In this document: positions 53,589-64,000 of the stretch, piece after piece
Numbering within the stretch: position 1 is the stretch's first letter
How the letters are laid out: each line of letters begins with the position of its first letter
Assembly (NCBI GenBank): GCA_951406725.2
Contig: OX597824.1
Coordinates: 66,402,001-66,466,000 of the forward strand
DNA: 64,000 nucleotides
Direction: 5' to 3'
Source: Octopus vulgaris
Taxonomy: Eukaryota
Notes under the pieces: generated by a model
What the model was told of the DNA's origin: nothing
Database searches by the model: none
The model's input: only the letters and a program-made list of their open reading frames with translations
Made by a program: the position numbers and the translations under genes

Positions 53589-54276
53589 CGTGCGTTTGTG
53601 TGTATACTGAGGAAAATAAGAAATAGACGAAAATTAGGGTAGAAGTGTACCCACAGATTATCTTGAATAAAAATTCATGTATTACACATTTTTAATACCG
53701 ACATTGTACAGTGTACAATATTATGCAACACCACTATATCACAAGAGGTGCATGAAATACACACCCTAAAGAGTGTTGTTGGACATTAAAATAAGGGCAG
53801 GTTCGAATATCATTCTATAAAAATACATGCCATATGTCTAAATAACAGTATATTGTGCTAATCAACAGTGTTAAAACTGAAACAGATAGAAGTAGTGTAG
53901 GAGTGTATTAGCAGCATCCACTGAAGATATGTCTCTTCAAGTAAAAATTGTCGTTTCGAAACCTTGTCATCAACTATGAATCAGCCTATACCCAATCAGT
54001 TCTACTTATTTATGAAATTCTCGAACCTTTACTAGCCCTTCCAGTACCTTCTCAGGAGATAAGCAGTCCAAGGGTGCTGTTCCTGTCTACTAAGACTAAA
54101 GAAGAAATAAATTCGAAAAATCCACCACACTATCATCTCTTCTTTTTTTCTTTTCTTTCATCCTCTTTTTTTGTCTTTACCGCTGCACAAGCACAAATAA
54201 CTTACACCGAAGCTACACTTTCGATGTTCCGTAGTTTATAATAATCTCTTGTCATGCTTCCACAAAACTAGAACTG

Positions 54277-54292
54277 TTTCCGGAAGTAAACA
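54277..54292 (+). promoter_or_regulatory. Overlapping ETS (CCGGAAGT) and forkhead (GTAAACA) motifs in a CpG-retaining unique region; putative promoter
   Basis: TTTCCGGAAGTAAACA, with CCAAT at 53992. Motif-level evidence only. Confidence 0.3.
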
Positions 54293-57200
54293 ACACAAAG
54301 CTGCTTTTGCTCTCACGAAAAGAAGCGCGCTTGGGAAGTAATTATTTGTTTGCTGTATTCCGTAACATGTATGGTGTGTGTATTTCAAACTACTGTATAC
54401 ATTAAGTACCATACACAAACGTATATACGGCATGTGATAGATAACAGCAGCAGTGTCGACGGTCGCAGTACTATTATGACACTAATAAGTGGTTATACAT
54501 TACATTGAATGAGTTTTGTCAGCTCCTCATATCGTCTCGTGTGTGTGCATGTGTATATGTAAATCTATGCTTGTTTGTTGTCTGTAGGGAGAAAGAAACA
54601 TAAGGAACTGTGTCTGAGAGAATGCCAGTAATGTGTGCAGGTATGTAAATGAAGGCGTTTCTGTTTGTATTTGTGTGTGTGTGTGTATATAAACAAAAAC
54701 AACAAAGTTCATCTATCCGTGTGTGGGAAACTGAGAAAAAGGGAAGACAAGTCGGAGAGCGTATCTATATACGAAAGATGATGCCTGCCTTGTGTGTGAG
54801 AGAGAAAGGGAAGACAATGGTTATGAATATAAATTATATTCGTGAGAAAGAGAGAGAAATCATGTTTTATGAAATGTACCCAGTATGGTGGTGGGGGGGG
54901 GCGGAAGAAAGAGAAAACGAGAGAGAAGTTACTGAGTGTGATCAGCAGAGTGAATGAAATAAGAGGTGAGAAATGTGTTTGATCAAGTAGTGTGTGTGTA
55001 TATGTGCGAATGCAAGAAAGAGAAAGGAAATGAAAGATGAAAAAAAAGAAAAAGAATTCATATATTTGAACACTCAGCTGTGTGAAAGACTAAAAGAAAG
55101 GCAAGCGTTTTTTCAATGGTTCCTCAGAGGACGGGTTGGGCAGTGGTAGTGGAACAGTATCCGTATCATTTCCAGTCCTTTCCCTTCATCTGAATGGTGA
55201 AATTATGAGTAATATTTTGAATTGTTTCGGGTTAGTTTTAATGGCGAGGAAGTGTGTGTGTTGGGGGGGGTGGGTGAGGCAAAGTGAACCAACAAATTCC
55301 AAAGTGAATCGTTTCTAGAAAGGAAAGTCTGAGTGATTTTGTTTTTTAATAAACGGTTTAAGGAGTGAGGATTTTAACATCGTGGGAGTGACATGCGGAA
55401 GAAAAGCCAGTGCAAATGGGCTGAAGTTGGAGGTAGTATACCAGTCGAGATGTGACGCATAAACTTGTTTGTGTCCACCTTCCGATGTATGTGTGTATAG
55501 CGCTTCTCAGTTGGAAAGTTATTTGGAATGGGTGTGTTTAATAGGCAAAAACCTGCTTTTCTAGGGTATCTGACAAAAATTTTAAGAGGAGATCCAAAGT
55601 TTCTTTCAGTCAAGTTCCCTTCTGTGAATGCTTGAATTCAATTTTTGCAAACATTTTCCAAGATTCCAGGAAACTGTCGAGTCCAGGTACGGCATACCCC
55701 ACTCCATTTCATAAGGGGTCTGCTCTTCTGTATGTGTGTTTGTTATAAAAATTGAGATGTTAATGGTTATATAATAGCAACGGATATTTAGTTAGCTGGA
55801 TGTTGGTAATGTGTTGTTGTTTAGACCCGAGTAAGGCATTATTACATAAACCAATAACGAAAGGCGCTCCAGTCATGACTATCCCTTGTTTCTGCTCGGT
55901 ATTGGCTATCTAGAACTACCACATTTACTCAATCTCTGCTTAAGTGCGATCACCTTCTTTGTTCCTAAAGATCAGCAATATATGTTTTATTATCCACTAA
56001 TCTTGTTTACCCTCGAATGTAATGAGCGCTTCTTTCTCCACAGTTTTTGCCCTGCAATCTCGTCTAAAATTTCTTGCATAATACGGTACATTATTAATTC
56101 TGTTCCATCCCTTTTCCAGAAATGTAATTTGAGGAAGATTTAGCTGATATTTTTAGTAGGTAGAGTGACATCTTGTAGAGTTTCTTACCTCATTCCATAA
56201 GTCATGTTGTTTAGCCCCAGGGTGACATTGACTAAGAAGACCTGCGATCGAAGGAATTACAACCATAACACCTTCGCCCTTTTTTCCGCTATACTTATCC
56301 AATACAATACATTATTTCTTTATTTAAAATGGTAGGCTGTGAAATGAAGGAGAATTTGGCTGATATTTCTACTTAACAAGTCGAATAACTGCATAGAGGC
56401 TTATTCTGTTGCCTGCGTTTGTGTTCGCGCGTGTTGTGTGTATGTATGTGTGTGTGTTTTATGTGTAAGCCCTGTGTGTGTGCGTGCTCTTTGTATCAAG
56501 TCTGGGTGGTGAATTGGTAGAACCATAAGAGCATTTGACAAAATTCTTTGTAGTACTTCTTCCAGGACTTAGTGTGCTAAGTTCAAATTTTGTTGATGTC
56601 AACTTTGCTTTTCATCCTTTCATGTATTGGGGTCGATGATATTGACTAACCTCTCCCTTCATCTGGCCTTGTGCCTAAATTAGAAGCAATTGTTGATGAG
56701 CTAATTGTGTATTAAGGCCTTGCTATACTAAGCAATGAAGGAAACTGAAGCTTAGATGTTTAATGTTTAACTCAAACCCTTTTCTAGAGACATAAGCCAG
56801 GGAATATGAACAGAAGGAAATCCCAAAGGAATGCAGATTTGTGGAAGAATCATCATGCATAAAATTCAGGTTTAAAAAAATAGACTCCAAAGCATATGAT
56901 TCCCTATTTTAAAGTCATTTTATCGAGGTACTAGGTCAAGCAGGTTAATCAACTGAACAGGAGTTCCTTAACAAGCATAGATTGAATACCGTTGCATACT
57001 GTGTGAAGGCACATGACTCAGTGGTTATTGTGCCAAGCTCACAAGGTAGTAAGTTTGATTCCTGGACTGGGCTGTGTATTGTGTTCTAGAGTAAGACACT
57101 TTATTTCATGTTGCTCCAGTTCATTCAGCTATAGAAATAAGTTGCGACATCATTGGTGCCAAGCTGTATTGGCCTTTGCCTTTCTCTTGGATAACATTGG

Positions 57201-57992
57201 TGGTATGGAGAGGGGAGGCCAGTATGCATGGGTGACTGCTGGTCTTCCATAAACAACCTTGCCTGGACTTGTACCTCTGAGGATAACTTTCTAGGTGCAA
57301 TCCCATGGTCATTCTTGACTGAAGGGGGTCTTTACCCTTTTTACTATGAACCAAAAATAAGTGTCTCAATGTGGTCATTTAACTTGTAAGAAATAGCGAT
57401 GTAAATTTACCTTCAATCATAACCTCTGTCTTAAACAAAGAAGGAATACTTTAGATAATGTAATTCTAGATCTATTGGTTGGCACTTTATGGCAGTACCA
57501 ACCAATGTCCATATCCTCTGGAAAAAGATGAGTTGTGAACATTATTCTCCTGCCTATATTCTTCTAACTACTTTTACTCTTTATTCTTCTATTTTACTAA
57601 TCTATTCTATTTTATTCTTTATAAACTGTGAATTTTACTCCTTCATCATCATCATCGTCATTGTTGTTTAACATCCACTTTCCATGCTGGCATGGGTTGG
57701 ACTGAGGGCTGGCGAGCCTGAAGGCTGCACCAGGGTCCAATCTGATCTGACAAAGTTTCTATAGCTGGATGCCCTTCCTAACGCTAACCACTCCAAGGGT
57801 GTAGTGGGTGCTTTTACGTGGCACTGGCACAAGGGCCAGTCAGACAAAACTCAATTCGACCATGCTCAAATGGTGCTTTTTACGTGCCACTTGCGCAGGA
57901 GCCAGTCCAATGGCACTGGCAACAAGCATGCTTGAATGGTGTTTTTTTTACGCGTAAACTGTAAATTTTCCGTCAAAAATATTCATACCTTA

Positions 57993-58063
57993 TCTCTGAT
58001 GACAGAATACCCAGTGCATGGACATGCTAACCAACTTGGTTTATTCCAGAAACAGTTGTAAGA
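57993..58063 (+). ncRNA. Type I hammerhead ribozyme motif, core intact
   Basis: TCT-CTGATGA-[GAATA..CCA..GCATG/CATGC..TGG..TATTC]-GAAAC-AGTT-GTA-AGA; stem I is only 3 bp. Confidence 0.55.
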
Positions 58064-58163
58064 CTTCAAATTCACCTTACCCTAATTAAATTATTCTAAA
58101 TGACTTGAGATGCTTGTTTTGCCTTGGTTTTGATTTTTCCTCTAATATGTATGTGTATAAATA

Positions 58164-58217
<54 letters not shown>

Positions 58218-58596
58218 CATGCAGTTAAATATATGTCAGGTCATAGGGTGATTAATAGTTTTGTATCCATGGATGTGAAACCATTGGTCACTCTATGATT
58301 GGACTGCGTGTAAATACCTTACTGCTCTATCCTTTAGAGTGTGCTTCTCTTGTGGATATAGATCCACTGACAATATATATTTATATAAATGTATGTATGT
58401 ACATATATATTTATATAGAGAAAGAGAGGGGTGCAGGTGTAGCTGTGTGGTATGCGTTTTGCTTCCCAACCACATGGTTCTGGACTCAGTTCCACTGCAT
58501 GGCTTCTTGGGTAAGTGTTTTTTACTATAGCCTCAAGCCTACCAAAGTCTTATGAATGGATTTCATAGATAGAAATTGAAAGAAGCCCATTGTATG

Positions 58597-58627
<31 letters not shown>

Positions 58628-58719
58628 ATATATATGTATGCATTTTTTTTATTGTATATTTAGAATGTTTATTTAATATGAAAACATTTGTTCAAACTTG
58701 ACACCTCCTCAGTAACATT

Positions 58720-59085
58720 ATATTTCATTAGTTGGCATGACAAAATCTGTTTTATAACTAAAAATATCTCTTTCCGCCTTAGAAATTCATGTTCTCTCTT
58801 CTCTTTACACTGAAGAAACTGTTCAATCTGCTTAGATCAATAATAGTTCTTTGTTTTCATCTTTGAAAATTACTGTTCTTCATTACAATTCGTAAGCATT
58901 TAAGCCAAATAGATATGTGAGGCAATTTCTACATTGGAAAACAAAATTCTAGGTGGTTGTCTGATATTAAATAATAAACCTGCAGCTCCACAGAATCATT
59001 TTTTGTGCCAACATGAGGAGGAAGATTAGTTTTCAGAAACAAAAAATCTTGGTATTTTCCCAGGCTTTCTTCCAAATCTTCTAAA
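58720..59085 (-). mobile_element. hAT transposase C-terminal (dimerisation domain) remnant
   Basis: LPHISIWLK..LTNCNEEQ*FSKMK.KNYY*S resembles FPN..IAL...TNCSGERSFSKMK.IKN.LRS. Confidence 0.6.
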
Positions 59086-59579
59086 TCAAAAACAATAATA
59101 TAAGCACAAGCTTGGCTATGTTATTAAAATGTTTGTTTCTTAACCATGTTGCCTAGGTTCAATCCCACTGCAAGGCACATTCCACAACAACCTCAGTTTC
59201 AATGTCTTATGAGTAGAATTTGATAAACGGAAACTGTGCTGAAGACTGTCATCTTTATATATGCATGTGTCTATGACAATGTTGCTGTTTCCATGAGTCT
59301 AAAATTCCAGTGCTGTTTTGGTTGTTTCAAGTAACCTGTTTGTTAGCAAAGATTTTTACATTAATCACCAGGATATTTGCTAACTTAAGAATTTATATTA
59401 AACCAATTAATATATTATTGCAATTTCTACAATAATATTAATACACTTTTGCCACCATGGGTAACATAAAAATATATGGCATAGATAAGATAATTATAGT
59501 TCAACTTTTATCAAATTACCTATGACAGCAAAAGTATACTTCCAAGGTTACATGTCGTATGATAGGTAACACTATAGTA

Positions 59580-60245
59580 ACAATAATAATAATTCTTTCT
59601 ACTATAGGCACAAGGCCTGAAATTTTGGGTAAGAGGACAAGTTGATTACATCAACCCCAGTGTTTCACTGGTACTTAATTTATTGACCCTGAAAGGATGA
59701 AAGGCAAAGTCAACCTCAGTGGAATTTGAACTCAGAATGTGAAGATGGACAAAATATCGCTAAGCATTTTGCCTGGCATGCTTACAATTGTGCCAGGCTG
59801 CCACTTTAGTAATAATAATAATAATGATAATCCTTTCTATTATAGGCACAAGGCCTGAAATTTTGGGGAAGGGGATAGTCATTTATATGAATCCCAGTGC
59901 TCAACTGGTACTTATTTTATCAACCTTGAAAGGATGATAGGTAAAGTTGACTTTGGCAAACTTTGAAATCAGACAGTAAAGACAGACAAAGTGCTACTAA
60001 GCATTTTGTCCAGCATACTAATGATTCTGCTAGTTTGCTGCCTTTAGTAATAATGGTTTCAAATTTTGGCATAAAGCTAGCAATTTTGGTGGTGGGGTGA
60101 GTCAATTACATTGACCCCAGTGCTCAACTGCTACTTTTATTGACCCTGAAAGAATGAAATCCAAAGTCGACCTCAGTGGAATTTGAACATAAGGAAATGC
60201 TGCTAAGCATTTTGCCTGGCATGCTATTGGTTCTGCCAACTCACT
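59580..60245 (-). mobile_element. Three head-to-tail Meta-domain-like SINEs with (AAT)n spacers
   Basis: Three successive units of about 200-240 bp starting near 59580, 59810 and 60045. Confidence 0.85.
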
Positions 60246-60265
60246 GTCTTTTTTACTGTAGTAGT

Positions 60266-60300
<35 letters not shown>

Positions 60301-60329
60301 TAGTGGTAGTAGTAGTAGTAGTAGTAGTG

Positions 60330-60367
<38 letters not shown>

Positions 60368-60371
<4 letters not shown>

Positions 60372-61135
60372 GACAAAGCAAAATCCCTGCAATAGCTGAG
60401 AAGCTCAGGACTCAAAGCAGAGACTGAAGGATTTTTAATTGCAGCACAAGACCAAAGCTTCCCCACCAGAAATTACCAAAAACATATAATGAAAAGAAAC
60501 AATAAATTATACTGTCTCTGGCTGCCCAGTCCTGGCTAAGAAGGAATATATTCACAGACACAGAGTTGGGACCTACATACACTGGAAGCTATTCCAACAC
60601 TATGGAATAACAACAGAAAAAAAGATGGTATAAGCACACGCCAGAAAAGGTCACAGAAAATGAGAAAGCAACAATACTATGGAATATACCAACATACACA
60701 GATAGAGAAATTAAGGCCAATAGGCCAGATATAGTTATCAAAGATCATGAAGAAAAAAAAAATGCTTTCTAATTGATGTATCAATACTAACAGATGACGT
60801 TTCTCTAAAAGAAATAGAGAAGCTTTCAAAATACAAAGACCTGGAAATAGAGGTAACTTGAATGTGGAGTCTAAAAACAGAAACAAATCCTATCACAGTG
60901 GGTGCATTAGGCATGATCAAAAAATATTCAGACAAATACATAACAAAAACACCAGGACTAACAAATATATATAACATACAGAAAATAGCACTACTAGGCA
61001 CTGCACACATCCTACGTAAAACACTTTCAATACAGTAACCATAAGAGCATCACAGCAAACCACTGCACATACCCAAGGCACACAGAGCTGTGCTCGGTAG
61101 TGCAGTGAAAGCATGTTATAAAAATAAAACTTCTG
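60368..61135 (+). mobile_element. 5'-truncated R4/Dong-clade non-LTR retrotransposon (restriction-like endonuclease) next to (TAA)n
   Basis: LKAETEGFLIAAQDQ...SGCPVLAKKEYIHRH...NRPDIVIKD...LIDVSI...EKLSKYKDL...IQKIALLGTAHILRKTL, with frameshifts. Dong-type elements are known to target (TAA)n. Confidence 0.88.
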
Positions 61136-62520
61136 AAGAAGAAGAAGGAGGAGGAGGAGGACGATGACGACAACAGCAACAACAACAACTTTCAATACAA
61201 CCAAATCATTTTACATCAATGCCATTTTCTTTTAGGAAATCATGCAAACTTTGAGCAAGCTATTTAACACCAACTTTCCATGTTCTTTCAGTAAATTCAT
61301 AAACATTTCAACATGACAGAAGATAATGCAGAATGCATCACTCAGTATTAGATACATTTGAGTTTGATTCTAATGAAGCTGAGGAACATTTGTACTTTTG
61401 GAATTCATAGATAAGGCAATCAGATTAATAAACATTTCACTTCTTTTTAACACATTCACACGAAGCTGAAAAAAGTGTTCTCCCTTTTGTGTATGTGTGC
61501 ATAATAGCTAATATTTTATTGCATTGCTTCATTCACTTCAACCAGTGGCTTTCAAAGAGTGTGCCATTGTACACTGGTGTGTGTTACAAAGGGTACTTAG
61601 AGCCATTGTGGGAGTTTCAAAATATAATTTAAGGCTTTAGGGAAGTCCATACTAGAGCTCCAGCATTTTGAAAAATATATTATCATAAGTTTGTTGTAGT
61701 CAAATCATTATCATAACTACTGCTGCCACCACTTCTAGTTCTGTATACTTGCATAGGTCAGATGGGATTTATTAAGGCAGATTTTCTACAGCTGGATGCT
61801 TCTTCCTGTTAATAACCCTCACCTATTTTCAGGCACAGTAATATTCCCTTCTGGCCAAACATATTGTCACAGTTGACACTGCTTATATGGCAAATTATGC
61901 TTGTTTATATCTGTTGTATATATAATGGACTTCTGGGGCTACAGTAGAACATGCAGTGGGATTGAACTAGAAATCATACGACTGGGAAGTGGATTTCTTA
62001 AATCACACAGCTATAACTGCACCTCTGATTAACAAAACAAGATAAGCAAAAGCTTTTATGCTTAATAATAAAACAGTTTCTTTTAAAGCTCTCCATGCAG
62101 AATGAAATTACTTTTATATTCAGTTTTCAGTGTATCACAAAGTCAAACAGATTGAGAACCACTGATTTAAACAATCTTGAAGACAATATATATTACTATA
62201 CATCAATAATAATATTGACACGTGAGTGTAATTTGAGATAATTTTCTTTTCTTTTTTTCTGTATTCAGGTGCAGGCATGGATGTGTGGTTAAGAAGTTTA
62301 CTTTCCAATAAATGGGTTTCTGGTTCAATCCCGCTACATGACACCTTGAGTGAGTTTCTTCTATTACAACCTGGGCTGACCAAAGCCTTATTAATTGATT
62401 AGGTAGATGGATTACAATTGACTCCAGTGCTCAACTGGTACTTATTTAATAAAGATGTTACTGATTGAAAAAGCTCATCATACATACACACACACACATG
62501 TATGTATATACATGTGTGTA

Positions 62521-62735
62521 CGAGGAGGTGCTGAAAAGTTCCTGGCTTTGGGTAAAAGAAAATAAAGAGGATCAGTTAATTATAATTTTATTCAACATAT
62601 TCCCATCTCAGATTCATACACTTATTGCAGTGGCCCTTCAGTTTTTCTAATCCCTGTAAAAGAATTCGGAAGGTTGGGCCTTCAACCACACCTTTCGCAA
62701 TACCCTTAAAGCCAGGAATTTTTCAACACCCCTCA
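62521..62735 (-). mobile_element. Second copy of the same mariner-derived MITE
   Basis: Reverse-complement match to 34023-34240, TA-flanked. Confidence 0.85.
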
Positions 62736-64000
62736 TATGTAAATAATGGATGCAGTATACATAGAAGCAGAAGTTGATAGGATCAATGGTGGTTTTGTGT
62801 TTTATTTGTATTTTTTTTATCTTTCTTACACATCTATGTCACCCTTCTTATAACATATTGTATATATGAATATGCCCAGGGGAAAAATAAAAGTAAGTAT
62901 TATTATTATTTTTATATTTTGAGGTTGGTGTGTTGGTGGATTTATAGTGTTGGACAAAATGTCTTGTATTATTTAGTCATGTTATTTTACGATATGTGTT
63001 CAAATCTCATCAAAGTCGACTTTGTCTTTCATCTTTCCAGGGATGGAAAGGGGTGACAAATAAAGTAGCAGTCAAGTACAGGAGTTCATATAATATACTA
63101 TAAACCTCACTCCTCATGTGTTTTATGTTAGAAATCATTATTATCTTGTACTTTTATGTTTTGTATAACTGAACAGTCTTTGTACAAGAAGTAATAAAAT
63201 AACCTCACTGGAAAAAAATTAATTAAAAATTAATTAAGTAAAGGAATAAAAAGAAGTTTGAACAATAAAATGTCACAGCATTTAAAAGTTTACTGGGAAG
63301 TTTTAATTCATTTTCAGTCAATTTCTATTCCATATTCTTTAATATGTAAGCACCCGAGACTCATTTTTAATAGGATAACATTTTCAATGTTATGATGTAA
63401 GTTGAATGATATAAAGGTCAACAAGTTCATTCTAATGATGCTGAGTTTGTGGGTGGGTGTAGGTCATTAAACGGTAGAGAGGGAAGTGATGATGGTGGTG
63501 GTGCTAATGTTTGTTGTTTGCCTAGGGTTAGTGTTGTTGTTGATGATGTTGATGGTAAGGTAATGGAAGGGCTGGTTATTGAATGGTAGTAGTGTTGCTG
63601 TTATCCTTATTGTTTAGCCCTAGGTCAGTCCTGCTTGAGCAGACCACCTATGATCAAAAGCATTTCAACCATGACCATCCCACTGTGACTAAATTTGGAG
63701 AGTTTTACAAAAATGGAGAACATATTGTCCTCCTTTTTCTTTTTCTTAGTGTAATTTTCTTCTTCTTGTGTGTAATTTGAGAGAATTTGACTGCTATTTC
63801 TAGCAGATTGAGTGTCCATGTAGAGGCAACTTCTTGATGTTATTGGTAGTGGTGGTCAGGTGGTAGAAGTATTGCTCATTGAACAGTGGCAGTGGTTCAG
63901 TAATAGTCATTGATACTAGTGGTGAAGATCCTAGAAGTTGAGTGATGGTGGAGATTGGAGATGGTGTTAGTGATGAAGGTGTTGAGGGATGGCTAATGGT

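Noticed and set aside
53917-53972. CTGAAGA...GAAAC-CTT-GTC hammerhead-like core
   Set aside because: Neither stem I nor stem II pairs; likely chance.
58980-59080. Apparent minus-strand exon DLEESLGKYQDFLFLKTN
   Set aside because: It continues into a hAT dimerisation-domain remnant with stops.

Overview
AT-rich, repeat-saturated animal genomic DNA. The SINE/MITE families, microsatellite load and large introns are most consistent with an octopod cephalopod (inferred from repeat families I recognise, not from a search). Most ORF-track entries are microsatellite artefacts or TE debris. Host-gene content: (1) the first coding exon of a PACS (phosphofurin acidic cluster sorting protein) gene on the minus strand at 20068-20186, with intron 1 apparently running off the left end; (2) a chain of phase-1 exon candidates on the minus strand (about 44.8 kb to 29.9 kb) that I cannot assign to a known protein; (3) a possible promoter and first exon near 54-55.7 kb. 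The rest is a cytochrome b NUMT, mariner/maT/hAT/piggyBac elements and MITEs, Helitrons, a deleted Mag-type Gypsy element, RTE/CR1/R4-Dong LINE fragments, several SINE families and Penelope-like elements. The most striking hidden structure is about 10 type-I hammerhead-ribozyme motifs (CUGANGA...GAAAC...NUH). Most lie in inverted arm pairs, several have palindromic stem III, and two have an intact catalytic core. CpG decay in old repeats also outlines two apparently unmethylated domains.
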